Positions 48,626 to 60,114 of a DNA stretch of 64,000 nt are shown piece after piece. Made by a program: the position numbers and the translations under genes. Under the pieces are notes generated by a model. It was given only the letters and a program-made list of their open reading frames with translations, searched no databases and was not told the DNA's origin. How positions within the stretch are numbered: the first letter of the stretch is position 1; the number at the start of each line of letters is the position of its first letter. The stretch covers positions 89,122-153,121 of the forward strand of contig CAXHJY010000456.1 in NCBI GenBank assembly GCA_964016885.1, written 5' to 3'. The DNA comes from Eledone cirrhosa. Its lineage: Eukaryota.

Positions 48626-49740
48626 TTGTCAACTACATTGTTGTCAACTACATTGACTTCAGGAAAGCTTTCGACAGTGTTTATCGGGAGTCATTGTGGG
48701 AGATTGTAAGACTCTATGGTGTCCCAGAGAAATATATTAACATCTTCAGGTCGCTGTACCGACATTCCAGGTGCTGCGTTAGGACAAAGGACGGAAACAC
48801 AGAAATGTTTGACATCTTGATGGGTGTTCGGCAAGGTTGCATCCTTTCGCCTTTCCTTTGTCATCGATTTTATCATGAAGAAGACAATGAGTGACCCTCA
48901 TTTTGGCATCAGTTGGGATGGAAGGAGATTAAGCGACCTGGACTTTGCCGATGACATCGCAGTGATAGGCCATTCCCGAGAAGACCTGCAAGAGATGACA
49001 AACGTTCTAAATGACAATGCAGAGAAAGTTGGCCTGCGCATCAGTTGTGAAAAAAACCAAGACCATGTCGACAGGTGACCCTCCAAATCCTCCCATCATG
49101 GTTGGTCAGCGTAACATTGAATGTGTAAACCACCTCCAATATCTTGGCAGCAACATCTCTGACGATTGGGATGCTGAGGTGGATGTGCGCACAAGGTTGG
49201 GAAAGCAGCGGCGATCTTCCAGTGACTCCGTCCGGTATAGTCCAGGTGTTCCATCGGGAACACCGTCAAATTCCGTGTTTACATGTCCATTGTAGTACCA
49301 ACTGCGATATATGCCTGTGAGACATGGAAGAGTATGGAAAGTGTATGTAACAAGCTTGATGTATTCCACCGTCGTTGCATTCGGACCGTGTTGAAAATTT
49401 CATGGAGAGACCAAGTTAGCAACGAGGAAATGATGAGGAGGTCAGGATTGGAGAGGTTAAGCGACATTGTACAGAAAAGGAGACGGCGGTTCGCAGGCCA
49501 CATCCTTTGTTTGCCGGCAGATCGACCTGCTCATATTATCATGGATTGGGTACCAGAAGGTGGCAGGAGAGAACGGGGAAGACCATGAAAAACATGGCGG
49601 AGCACATTCAGGAAGGACCTGCGGGAGATAGGAATTACCTGGAGAGGTGCTAGAAGGGCCGCCAGTGACAGGATCAAGTGGAGGAAGCTCGTCGCCCAAT
49701 GTTCCACAAGGGACTGGAGGAACTAAGACTAAGACTAAGA
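48626..49740 (+). mobile_element. RTE-clade LINE, 5'-truncated and frameshifted (family B), with a (CTAAGA)n tail
   Basis: IDFRKAFDSV, GVRQGCILSP, DLDFADD, LQYLGS, IYACETW, RFAGHILC and RGRP*KTW are spread over several frames. It ends aactaagactaagactaaga, then (TA)n. Confidence 0.92.
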
Positions 49741-49753
49741 TATATATATATAT

Positions 49754-50140
49754 ATATATTGGTAAAAGGAAAAGAAAATGCTGACAAATTGTTCCCAGTG
49801 AAAAATAGTTTAATTAGGAATAAGTAAAAATTAGTAATAAGTATTGGTTAGTATTTAGTTTTGGTTTAAAGTTTTTACCGGTTGCGCATTTCTAATGCTT
49901 TTTAAAAATTAGAGGTTTGCTCTAAGATTAGAGCAAACATCACGGGCGCTCTATCTCAAAATTATTTTTGAAAAGCATTAGAAATGCGCAACCGGTAAAA
50001 ACTTAAAACCAAAACTGAATATTAACCAATACTTATTACTAATTTTTACTTATTCCTAATTAAACTATTTTTCAATGGGAACAATTTGTCAGCATCTTCT
50101 TTTCCTTTTACCAATATATCACAACTCGTGTGTTACACCT
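49754..50140. mobile_element. Fold-back element with ~156-bp inverted arms (49754-49909 / 49964-50119), probably an inverted PLE terminal repeat
   Basis: The arms are reverse complements with few mismatches. The spacer holds the hairpin GTTTGCTCTAA-GA-TTAGAGCAAAC. Each arm carries a minimal hammerhead-like motif. Embedded in (TA)n. Confidence 0.75.
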
Positions 50141-50144
50141 CTAT

Positions 50145-50208
<64 letters not shown>

Positions 50209-50211
<3 letters not shown>

Positions 50212-51718
50212 AGGGCTATACAAGCCATGTATAAAGAAACAGTCAGCAAGGTTAGAATTAACAACGAATATAGTGAAGAGTTTAGCGTAAAAGTTGGCGT
50301 CCATCAGGGCTCTGTTCTCAGCCCCCTACTATTTATTATTGCCCTTCAGGCTATAACAGAGGAGTTCAAGACCGGCTGCCCATGGGAACTCCTATACGCA
50401 GACGACCTGACACTCATAGCGGAATCAATGGCCGAGCTAGAGAAGAAATTCCAAACATGGAAGCACGGCCTAGAGTCAAAAGGACTTAAAATTAACCTGG
50501 CTAAGACTAAAGTTCTAGTTTGTAGGAAAGAAAACAAGGCGGCGGTCCCTTCTGGGAAATGGTCGTGCTCGGTGTGTAGGAAAGGCGTAGGTAGAAACAC
50601 CATTTTATGTCCTAAATGCAAAGTATGGGTGCATAAAAGATGTAGTGGGATCACAGGTAAGCTAACTAAGAACATAGATTTTACATGTGGCCGGTGTTCT
50701 GGTGCAATAAGTAGCAGCAAGTGCCCACAAAATACTAACTCTTTCAATTGCGCAGAGGGTTCTATAGAAATAGTGGACAGCTTCCGTTACCTGGGCGATA
50801 AAATCAGCAATGGGGGAGGGTGCTCTGAAAGTACAGTAGCTAGAGTCAGAACTGGTTGGAAAAAGTTCAGAGAGCTTATACCACTATTAGCTGCTAAAGG
50901 GTTCTCCCTAAAAATGAAAGGCAGGTTGTACGATGCCTGCATACGAACAGCAATGTTGCATGGCAGTGAGACCTGGGCATTGTGTGCAGAGGATATACGC
51001 AGACTAGAGAGGAACGAAGCTTGCATGCTCCGCTGGATGTGTAACAGTAATATACGTGAACGGCAAAGCATAAACGAACTAAGGAAAAAATTAGAGATAA
51101 GAGGGATCAGATGTTGTTTACTCGAGAGAAGGCTACGTTGGTATGGACACGTGATGCGCATGAAAGTCGATAGCTGTATAACAAAGTGCAGGGCAATAAA
51201 GATAGACGGTAGCCACGGAATAGGCAGACCTAGAAAAACCTGGGACGAGCTGATAAACTCCGACCTCACACACTTACACCTCTCCAAGACAATGTCACTG
51301 GACCGAGACCTTTGGCGGTACTCAGTAACAGAGAAGACCCGCCTTGCCAGTAGGCATCTCTAACAAAATACACCCCGTCCCGCCACCACCCCCACCCCAT
51401 CCACACCACCCCGTTCTATCTAAAGTTATGTTGGTGCCGCGCCATCCAGGCCGAAACAAATGAGATCGTGTAGGTGTCACGACAAAAAAACACACAGTCC
51501 ACGCTGTAATGTGGCCGTGTAGGCAACACGGTAAAAACCTCCCAGACCCACACTGTAAATGTGGTTGGTGTTAGGAAGGGCATCCAACTGTAGAAAACCT
51601 GCCAGACAGTCCTATGCGAGCAAGACAATCACTCTTGCCTCAAGTGGGACTACCCCCGTCCAAACCCATGCAAGCGTGGAACACGGACGTTAAACGTTGA
51701 TGATGATGATGATGATGA
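50209..51718 (+). mobile_element. RTE-clade LINE, 5'-truncated copy (family A) with an open 3' ORF, 3' UTR and (TGA)n tail
   Basis: ORF to 51363 has GVHQGSVLSP, LLYADD, C4HC3, FRYLG, HGSETW, RWYGHV and GRPRKTW. (TA)n lies on both sides; the N-terminal IYIY run in the ORF track is microsatellite. Confidence 0.95.
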
Positions 51719-52699
51719 TATATATATACCGTTTGTTCTAAAATGTTTATATTTAGCTAAAAACTTAACAACCTTTGTTAAGTTATGTTCCAAGCACCAA
51801 ATATCTCCAAATTCTTGAATTATTTGAAATTCATAGTCAGTATCTCTTATTAGAAGCATGCTGACAAACGGGTTAAAATACTTTTTAATCATTCCTTAAA
51901 CTTGATTTTACCTCTAGTTTCTTTGCTACATAATCGTGTCAGTTGCTTAAAGATACTTGGGCAGTATCATTTAAATTAGCAGCGAGACATCTAACTTTCA
52001 GGTAAAATGACATGTCTTCTAAAGAAATATGAACATGACTTAATAGAATTGGTTGAGGTTTCTTAGGCAAGAAATACTATTAAAACCTGCTGTGTTACAT
52101 TTTCCAGTATAAATAGCTTCTTTGATTTCTGTGATGTTAGGTCAGCACTAGTCACATGCCTGGCTTAAAACAATTGTCTGACAACAGTTTAACTATACTA
52201 GAACAATACAGGGTTTTGTTGTTTAATATATCTATTTTGGCTATAATATTATTTTATTATCCACTTGATAAATAATAGATTGAATGTGTTCAAAGTAATT
52301 TCTGACTCAGAAAAATGTAATTTTCTAATTCACTTTTCATACCACCTTCATTAATCAAGACACTGGCATATTTCCCAGGAATTTCATCTTTATTTATCTT
52401 CTTGTTAACAACAACACAAGTGTGCTAAGGTCATTTTCTTTACTAAAGCAGAGGTTAACCTTGACAAGCTTCAAAACTCATCATGGGTTTCTTTTTCAGG
52501 TAATATTTTAAGGCCGCGTGCCCTCTCTAGTACCATTGCTATTAATCACTTCTTATGACATGCAGCTAAATATCCCACACACCTCATTGATTTTAAACTT
52601 GCCTGGTTGTCCTCCCCTTTCAAACCCTCCTCCCTGATACATCTTACTTGCCAAACCCACATATGCAAACATGAAAGCTGTACATGCTCTACATTTGAT

Positions 52700-53097
52700 C
52701 TCCCACAATGCTGTTACTACAAAAGCTCTAAATTCACCCTGTATGCTAATCTGGTGCCACAACAACAAAAACACCCAGTCCATGCTGTAAGGTGGTCGTG
52801 ATGGTGACACAAGAAAAAGCTCCTCGTCCACTCTGTAAAGTAGTTGTGCTGGTGACATGACAAAAAGCTCCCATTCCATTCAATAAGGTTGTCACGCTAG
52901 TGACATGACAAAAAGCACCCAGTTCACACTTTTATGGCATTAGAGAAGGCATCCAGGTGTAAAAACTAAGCCAAAATACGGTTCCATATGAGCAAGACAT
53001 GAATTGTCTTATAATGTGGCAACCCATCAAACCCATGATCATAGGAACCTGCCAACCTATACACATGGTAAAACAGATGTTGCAATGATGATGATTA
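52700..53097 (+). mobile_element. Degenerate RTE-type 3' UTR remnant with several internal subrepeats
   Basis: Repeated gtgacatgacaaaaagcWcc...cact units, followed by ttagagaaggcatccaggtgtaaaa...aaacagatgttg..(TGA)n. Confidence 0.6.
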
Positions 53098-53159
53098 TGT
53101 TTATTGTATTTTTCTTAGTAAATATCAAACTTTGCATGCTGGTTAAGTAGTTTGTTTTA

Positions 53160-53330
53160 TCATCATCATCATCATCATCATCATCATCGTTTAACGTCCA
53201 TTTTCCATGCTAGCATGGGTTAGACGGGTTGTCTCATTAGAGACAAATCAGGTCAGGTGACCATGTCTTACTCATACGGAACTGTTTCTGGTTTGGTTTC
53301 TACGGCTGGATGCCCTTCCCAACGTCAGCC
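53160..53330 (-). mobile_element. RTE-type 3' tail remnant
   Basis: (cat)n-cgtttaacgtccattttccatgctagcatgggttagacgg...tttctacggctggatgcccttcc. Confidence 0.8.
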
Positions 53331-53708
53331 ACTTTACAGTGTGTGCTGGGTGCCTTTTGTTATGACTCCTACCTGATCACTTTACAGTGTGTGTTGGGTA
53401 CCTGTTGTTATGACTCCTACCTGATCACTTTACAGTGTGTGCTGGGTACCTTTTGTTATGACTCCTACCTGATCACTTTACAGTGTGTGCTGGGTACCTT
53501 TTATTATGACTCCTACCTGATCACTTTACAGTGTGTGCTGGGTACCTTTTGTTATGACTCCTACCTGATCACTTTACAGTGTGTGCTGGGTACCTTTTGT
53601 TATAACTCCTACCTGATCACTTTACAGTGTGTGCTGGGTACCTTTTGTTATGACTCCTACCTGATCACTTTACAGTGTGTGCTGGGTACCTTTTGTTATG
53701 ACTCCTAC
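53331..53708. repeat. 48-bp minisatellite, ~7.9 near-identical copies
   Basis: Unit actttacagtgtgtgctgggtaccttttgttatgactcctacctgatc, seen in the ORF track as TLQCVLGTFCYDSYLI repeats. Confidence 0.95.
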
Positions 53709-53878
53709 AAGACCACATACACTTTCACTGACTGAGCATGTGAGAACATATCTAGTACAGGGGACAGGATAAAATACACCCTGTTCACTCTGTAAAGTGG
53801 TTCTTAGCATTAGGAAGGGCAACTAACTCTAGAAAGTATGAGCAAAAAAGTTGCAGTCTATATAATATGCATATATAT

Positions 53879-53927
<49 letters not shown>

Positions 53928-54044
53928 GTGAGAGAAAGAGTGAGTGAGAGAGAGTGAGTGAGAGAGTGAGAGAGTGAGAGAGTGAGAGAATATAGCTTAT
54001 TGTTATTAATTGAATGCAATATCTATAAATCTATCAAAGTACCT

Positions 54045-54276
54045 CTACTATTACCACCACCACCACCACCACCACCACCACCACCACCACTACTACTACT
54101 ATACCATCTCCACCACCACCACCACCACCACCACCACCACCACCACCACCACCACCACCACCACCACCACTACTACTATAACAACAACCACTACCACCAC
54201 TACTACTACTACTACTACTATTATTACTACTACTACTACTACTACTATACCATCTCCACCACCACAACCACCACTG

Positions 54277-54318
<42 letters not shown>

Positions 54319-54332
54319 TTATAACAACAACC

Positions 54333-54406
<74 letters not shown>

Positions 54407-54433
54407 CACCCATACTACTACTACTACTACTAC
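54045..54433. repeat. Compound trinucleotide repeat (CAC)n/(TAC)n/(AAC)n with an internal duplication
   Basis: The markers actactataccatctccacc (~54095, ~54241) and tataacaacaaccactacc each occur twice. Confidence 0.92.
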
Positions 54434-54495
54434 CATAGATATATAGACAGACAGACAGACAAAGAGGTGGTGGTTTATCTATTTAGTTTTCATAA

Positions 54496-54579
54496 CCAAT
54501 CACTTCATCAAAGTCACATGACCACATTATGCCCACCCTCACCTCATTCATAGATTTCTCTTTACGTTGTCATAGCAAC
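54496..54579. promoter_or_regulatory. Candidate cis-regulatory cluster: CCAAT box, GTCACATGAC E/M-box, RFX X-box
   Basis: CCAATCA at 54496, GTCACATGAC at 54513-54522 and GTTGTCATAGCAAC at 54566-54579, in a short non-repetitive island. Confidence 0.4.
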
Positions 54580-54660
54580 AAGAGACAGGTGCAATCCTTA
54601 TACAGGTTTTAAGAACACCTATGGAATTTATCTGTATCATGATGATGATCTATCTATCTA

Positions 54661-54932
54661 TGAGTGAATGGGCCTTCTCTCTATATCAGCCTGTAGGTTG
54701 AGGAAAAGGAGGAGGAGAGGAAGGGAGTACAAACTCTTCGTACTCCTGGAGATGAGGGTTGCACATTTTTTTTCGGGGGCATGTGTTACCCATATGAAAT
54801 GTCTCCCCTATTGGGGAAAATCGACTAATTTTTAAATTACATTTGTGATAATATTTTACACGTTTTTATTGTATGTAAACTTCCCCCTTTGTATTTGTCC
54901 CCTTCTTCTGTGCCCCTGTGGCTAATAAAGAA
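54661..54932 (+). mobile_element. Probable LINE 3' end inserted in (TATC)n
   Basis: Ends ...gcccctgtggctAATAAAGAAA, with (TATC)n on both sides. No coding evidence. Confidence 0.35.
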
Positions 54933-55619
54933 ACATATCTATCTATATCTCTATCTATCTATCTATCTATCTATCTCTATATATATCTATCTATCCATCC
55001 ATCCATCCATCCATCTATCCATCCTGCCCTCTTTCTTTCTTTCTTTCTTTCTTTCTGTCTTTCTGTCTGTCTTTTCATAATGTTATTTGGCCACTGAAAA
55101 TTCCAGTAATCATACCATATTTTTGACTATAACCTTTTTAATACACCTACTCCCCCCTCCCCCTTCTCTCTCCTCTACAACCTCCAATTAACTCCAGTTA
55201 GTCAGAGTGGGATATAATTCTACAGCTACAACCCAGTATTGGCATGTATGAGGTATTGGTTCTTTAAACTGACCTGACTACCTCAAATAGATATTAGAGG
55301 AACTTTGCTATCTAAAATATTGTTAGCTGCAGGCTAAACTGCTCATAATATATTGTAGAATATTGGAAAACTATTTACAGAAGTTTGACCAAGAATTTGT
55401 ATTTTGGCTGAGAGATATATTAACCTTTCCATCACCTTGTTTCAAACCATTTTGAAAATAGTAAAGAATTTGGAGGGATTTAGGAATTTAGTTACTTAAA
55501 CTATTTGTTACCATATTTCTAATAAAAGACACTGCTAATGTGTTTCAATTAATTTTGAAAATAATTAAAAAATTGGAGGAATTTATTAAAATCATTTTTT
55601 CTTCAGTAAGATGATATCT

Positions 55620-56125
55620 CTTAAGTGCAAGAATTTCAAAAGCTGGTGCAGTAATGTGCCAGGTTCAGCATTCAGTGATTAGAAGAAGGGGGTTAGGTGT
55701 AAAAGCCAAACTCGCTATCTTCAATTTGGTTTTTGTCCCAACCCTTACCTATGGTTATGAATTTTGGGTAATGACCAAAAGAATACAATCGCGAATACAA
55801 GCGACTGAAATGGGATTCCTCCGAAGGGTCTTTGGAGTAATGTTACTCAATAAAGTGCATAGCTGAGAGACCAGAGAGTCACTCCAGGTAGGGTCACTAC
55901 TTCTCCAAATTGAGAGATCACAGTTCTGATACTATGGGCATGTGGTTAGAATATCTCAGGAAAGAATCACTGGACAGATTTTGTGGGCAAAACCAACTGG
56001 TGGGAGACCTAGGGGTAGACCCTGAGCAAGATGGCAGGATAGCATCCATGAGCTCAGCTGGTCTCACTTGGGGATCCAGCTGGATCAAATGGAGTTGGTT
56101 GCTTCTGACAGGACCCGCTCGCTGG
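55620..56125 (+). pseudogene. Decayed RTE-clade LINE C-terminal fragment (family C, Rex3/Expander-like)
   Basis: ARISKAGAVM...KAKLAIFNLVFVPTLTYGYEFWVMTKRIQSRIQATEMGFLRRV...IERSQ..YGHVVR...RPRGRP, with in-frame stops. Confidence 0.85.
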
Positions 56126-56394
56126 TGGATAACAGTAATAGTAGTAGATTGTTTTGATAGGTGGTGAAATTGGAGATTTGACTTCAATTTTTGTCATTTT
56201 TTTTCTGGCTTTCCACACTGAGTTCAACTTTTCCACCACCACCACCTCCTCTTCCCCCTCCCCCTCCTCCTCCTTCTGGTCTCAACTCTCAGTAGAAAGA
56301 GCAGCATGAAACAAAGTGTCTTGCTGAAGGACATAATCTGGGAATCAAACACACAACCTCACTATGCTACATGCCTTCTTCTATATCATTTGGC

Positions 56395-56562
56395 AGTATA
56401 GGTAGAGGGTCAGACACCATGCTTTCCAGCATAGTTACGTCCCTTTACGATCTGAGTTCAAATCCCGCCGAGGTTGACTTTGCCTTTCACCCTTACGGGG
56501 TCGATAAAATAAAGTACCAGTAATGCACTGGGTATTTGCTGGCCTTGTGCCTAAAGTAGAAA
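56395..56562 (+). mobile_element. SINE with Meta-like central domain
   Basis: B box GAGTTCAAATCC followed by cgccgaggttgactttgcctttcacccttacggggtcgataaaataaagtaccag; same family as 36810-37016. Confidence 0.7.
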
Positions 56563-57122
56563 CAATTATACACATACACATACATATATTGCTAGCAGGT
56601 TTGACTTCCTTTATATCATTATGTACACACACATACATATATTGCTAGCAGGTTTGAAAAAATAACTACTACAGCAATATGAACGACTAGCATCTCTTGA
56701 AGGTGGTGCCCTAGCATGACTGCAGCCTAATGACTGAAACCAAGGAAAGAATTATACAGACTAAAAATCAAACATGAAAGATCTCTCTGTGTCTGTTTCT
56801 CTATCTCTCATCCATAAATTGATCACTACACCCCCTCCTCTCCATTTTACTTTAAAATATTCTACAAGATTTTTTAACTTGCTCCATTCTTTTATTTTTG
56901 ATTTAAATCAGTAATGTTCTAACATAGACGACAGAACATAACTCCTTCCTGATTATTATCTAATTATCTCTTTAATTAACCATATATTCAGCTTGTTTGT
57001 TCACTCATGTTTGCCTTCTTCCTAAATTACACACTTCGCTTAAATATATTGAATTTCTGCTGTAGATTCCTTACAGTAAATTATATTTGAAAATTCCATA
57101 GAGGAGACAATAAATAAAATAA

Positions 57123-60113
57123 CCATCCTTCCATTCTTCCTTCTTTCCATTCATCCATCCATTCTCCATTCCTTCCTTTTTTGCTTGATTCATTTTTTTC
57201 TTCTTTCCAGCCAACCAGCCACCCAACCATCCAACCACCCAACCATCCATCCAACCACCCATCCAACCACAACAACCAACCATCCAACCAGCCAACCATC
57301 CATCCATCCATCCAACCACCCGTCCAACCACCCAACCAACCATCCAACCATCCAGCCAAACCACCCAACCATCCAACCAACCATCCAACCATCCAACCAC
57401 CCAACCATCCATCCATCCATCAATCCTACCACCCATCCCTCCATCCAGTCACCCAGCGAGCCATCCAACCACCCGACCAACCATCCATCCACCCAACCAT
57501 CCAACCAAAAATCAATCCAACCATCCAACCACCCAACCATCCAACCAGCCACCCAAACATCCAACCACCCAGCCAACCATCCAACGACCCACCAACCATT
57601 CATCCAACCATCTAACCATCTAACCAAACATCCAAAATCCAACCAAACAACCATCCAACCACCCAACCAACCATCCATCCAACCATCTAACCATCCAACC
57701 AACCACCCAACCATCCAACCAAACAACCATTCAACCATTCAACTATCCAACCTACCAACCATCTAACCATGCAACAAACCATCCATCCAACCATCTAACA
57801 ATCCAATCAGCCAACCATCCAACCATCCAACCATCTAACCATCCAACCATCCAACCATCCAACCAACCATCCAACCAATGACCCAACCATCCAACCAAAC
57901 AACCAACCAAACAACCATCCAACCATCCAACCATCCAACCAGCCAACCATCCAACCAACCATCCTACCAACCAACCATCTAACAATCCAATCAGCCAACC
58001 ATCCAACCATCTAACCATCCAACCATCCAACCATCCACCAACCATCCAACCAACGACCCAACCATCCAACCAACTAACCAACCAACCAACCAACCAACTA
58101 ACCAACCAACAATCCAACCAACCAAACAACCATCCAACCACCCAATAAACCATCCATCCAACCATCTAACCATCCAACCAACCACCCAACCATCCAACCA
58201 AACAACCATTCAACCATTCAACCATCCAACCTACCAACCATCCAACCATGCAACAAACCATCCATCCAACCATCTAACAATCCAATCAGCCAATCAGTCA
58301 ACCATCCAACCAACCAACCATCCAACCATCCAACCAACCAACCTTCCAACCAACCATCCAACCAACCAACCAACCTTCCAACCAACCATCCAACCAACCA
58401 ACCAACCAACCAACCAACTAACCAAACAACCATCCAACCAACCATCCAACGAACCAACCAACCACCCAACCAACCAACCAACCTTCCAACCAACCATCCA
58501 ACCAACCAACCAACCAACCAACCAACTAACCAACCAACCTTCCAACCAACCATCCAACCAACCAACCAACCAACCATCCATCCAACCAACCAACCATCCA
58601 ACCAACCAACCATCCATCCAACCATCCAACCATCCAACCAATCAAACATCCAATCATCCAACCAACCAACCATCCATCCAACCACCCAACCAACCATCCA
58701 ACCATCCAACCAACCAACCATCCAACCATCCAACCATCCAACCACCCAACCAACCATCCAACCATCCAACCAACAAACCATCCAACCATCAACCATCCAA
58801 CCATCCAAGCAATCAACCATCCAATCATCCAACCAACCACCCATCCATCCAACCAACCAACCATCCAACCCACCATGCAACCAACCAACCATCCAACCAT
58901 CCAACCAAACATCCAACCATCCATCCAATCAACCAACCATCCATCCAACCAACCATCCAACCAACCAACCATCCATCCAACCAACCATCCAACCATCCAA
59001 CCAATCAAACATCCAATCATCCAACCAACCAACCATCCATCCAACCACCCAACCAACCATCCAACCAACCAACCATCCAACCATCCAACCATCCAACCAC
59101 CCAACCAACCATCCAACCATCCAACCAACCAACCACCCAACACACCATCCAAGCAATCAACCATCCAATCATCCAACCAACCACCCATCCATCCAACCAA
59201 CCAACCATCCAACCCACCATGCAACCAACCAACCATCCAACCATCCAACCAAACATCCAACCAACCATCCAACTAACCAACCAACCACTAACCAGCCAGC
59301 CATCCAACCAACCAACCATCCAACGACTCAACCATCCAACCAACCAACCATCCAACGACAAAACCATCCACCCAACCATCCAACCATCCAACCATCCAAC
59401 CAACCATGCAACCAACCAACCATCCAACCAACCACCCAACCAACCAACCAACCAACCAAACAAACAACCAACCAACCATCCAACCAACCAACCAACCAAC
59501 CAACCAACCATCCAACCAACCAACCAACCAACCAACCAACCAACCAACCAACCAACCAACCTTCCAACCAACCATCCAACCAACCAACCAACTAACCAAA
59601 CAACCATCCAACCAACCATCCAACGAACCAACCAACCAACCAACCAACCAACCAACCATCCAACCAACCAACCAACCAACTAACCAACCAACCAACCAAC
59701 TAACCAACCAACCATCCAACCAACCAACCATCCAACCAACCAACCAAACAACCAACCAACCAACCAACCAAACAACCAACCAAACAACCAACCATCCAAT
59801 CAACCAACCAACCAACCAACCATCCAACCAACCATCCAACCAACCAACCAAACAACCAAACAACAAACCAACCAACCAACCAACCAACCAACCAACCAAC
59901 CAACCAACCAACCAACCAACCAACCAACCAACCAACTAACCAAACAACCAACCAACCAACCAACCAACCAACCAACCAACCAACCAACCAACCAACCAAC
60001 CAACCAACCAACCAACCAACCAACCAACCAACCAACCAACCAACAAACCAACCAACCAACCATCCAACCAACCAACCAACCAACCATCCAACCAACCAAC
60101 CATCCAACCATCC
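57123..60113. repeat. ~3-kb compound tetranucleotide array (CCAA)n/(CCAT)n with internal block duplications
   Basis: Grades from TTCC/CCAT on the left to nearly pure CCAA on the right. Duplicated blocks are offset by ~344 bp (58.6-58.9 vs 58.95-59.26 kb) and ~480 bp (57.72 vs 58.20 kb). Confidence 0.95.
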
Positions 60114-60114
60114 A

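Noticed and set aside
51727-51876. piggyBac-like MITE ending GGGTTAA
   Set aside because: The left TIR and TTAA target site are incomplete; too weak to call.
53331-53708. CRISPR array or a Cys-rich repeat protein
   Set aside because: There are no unique spacers or cas genes, and the unit derives from a LINE UTR.
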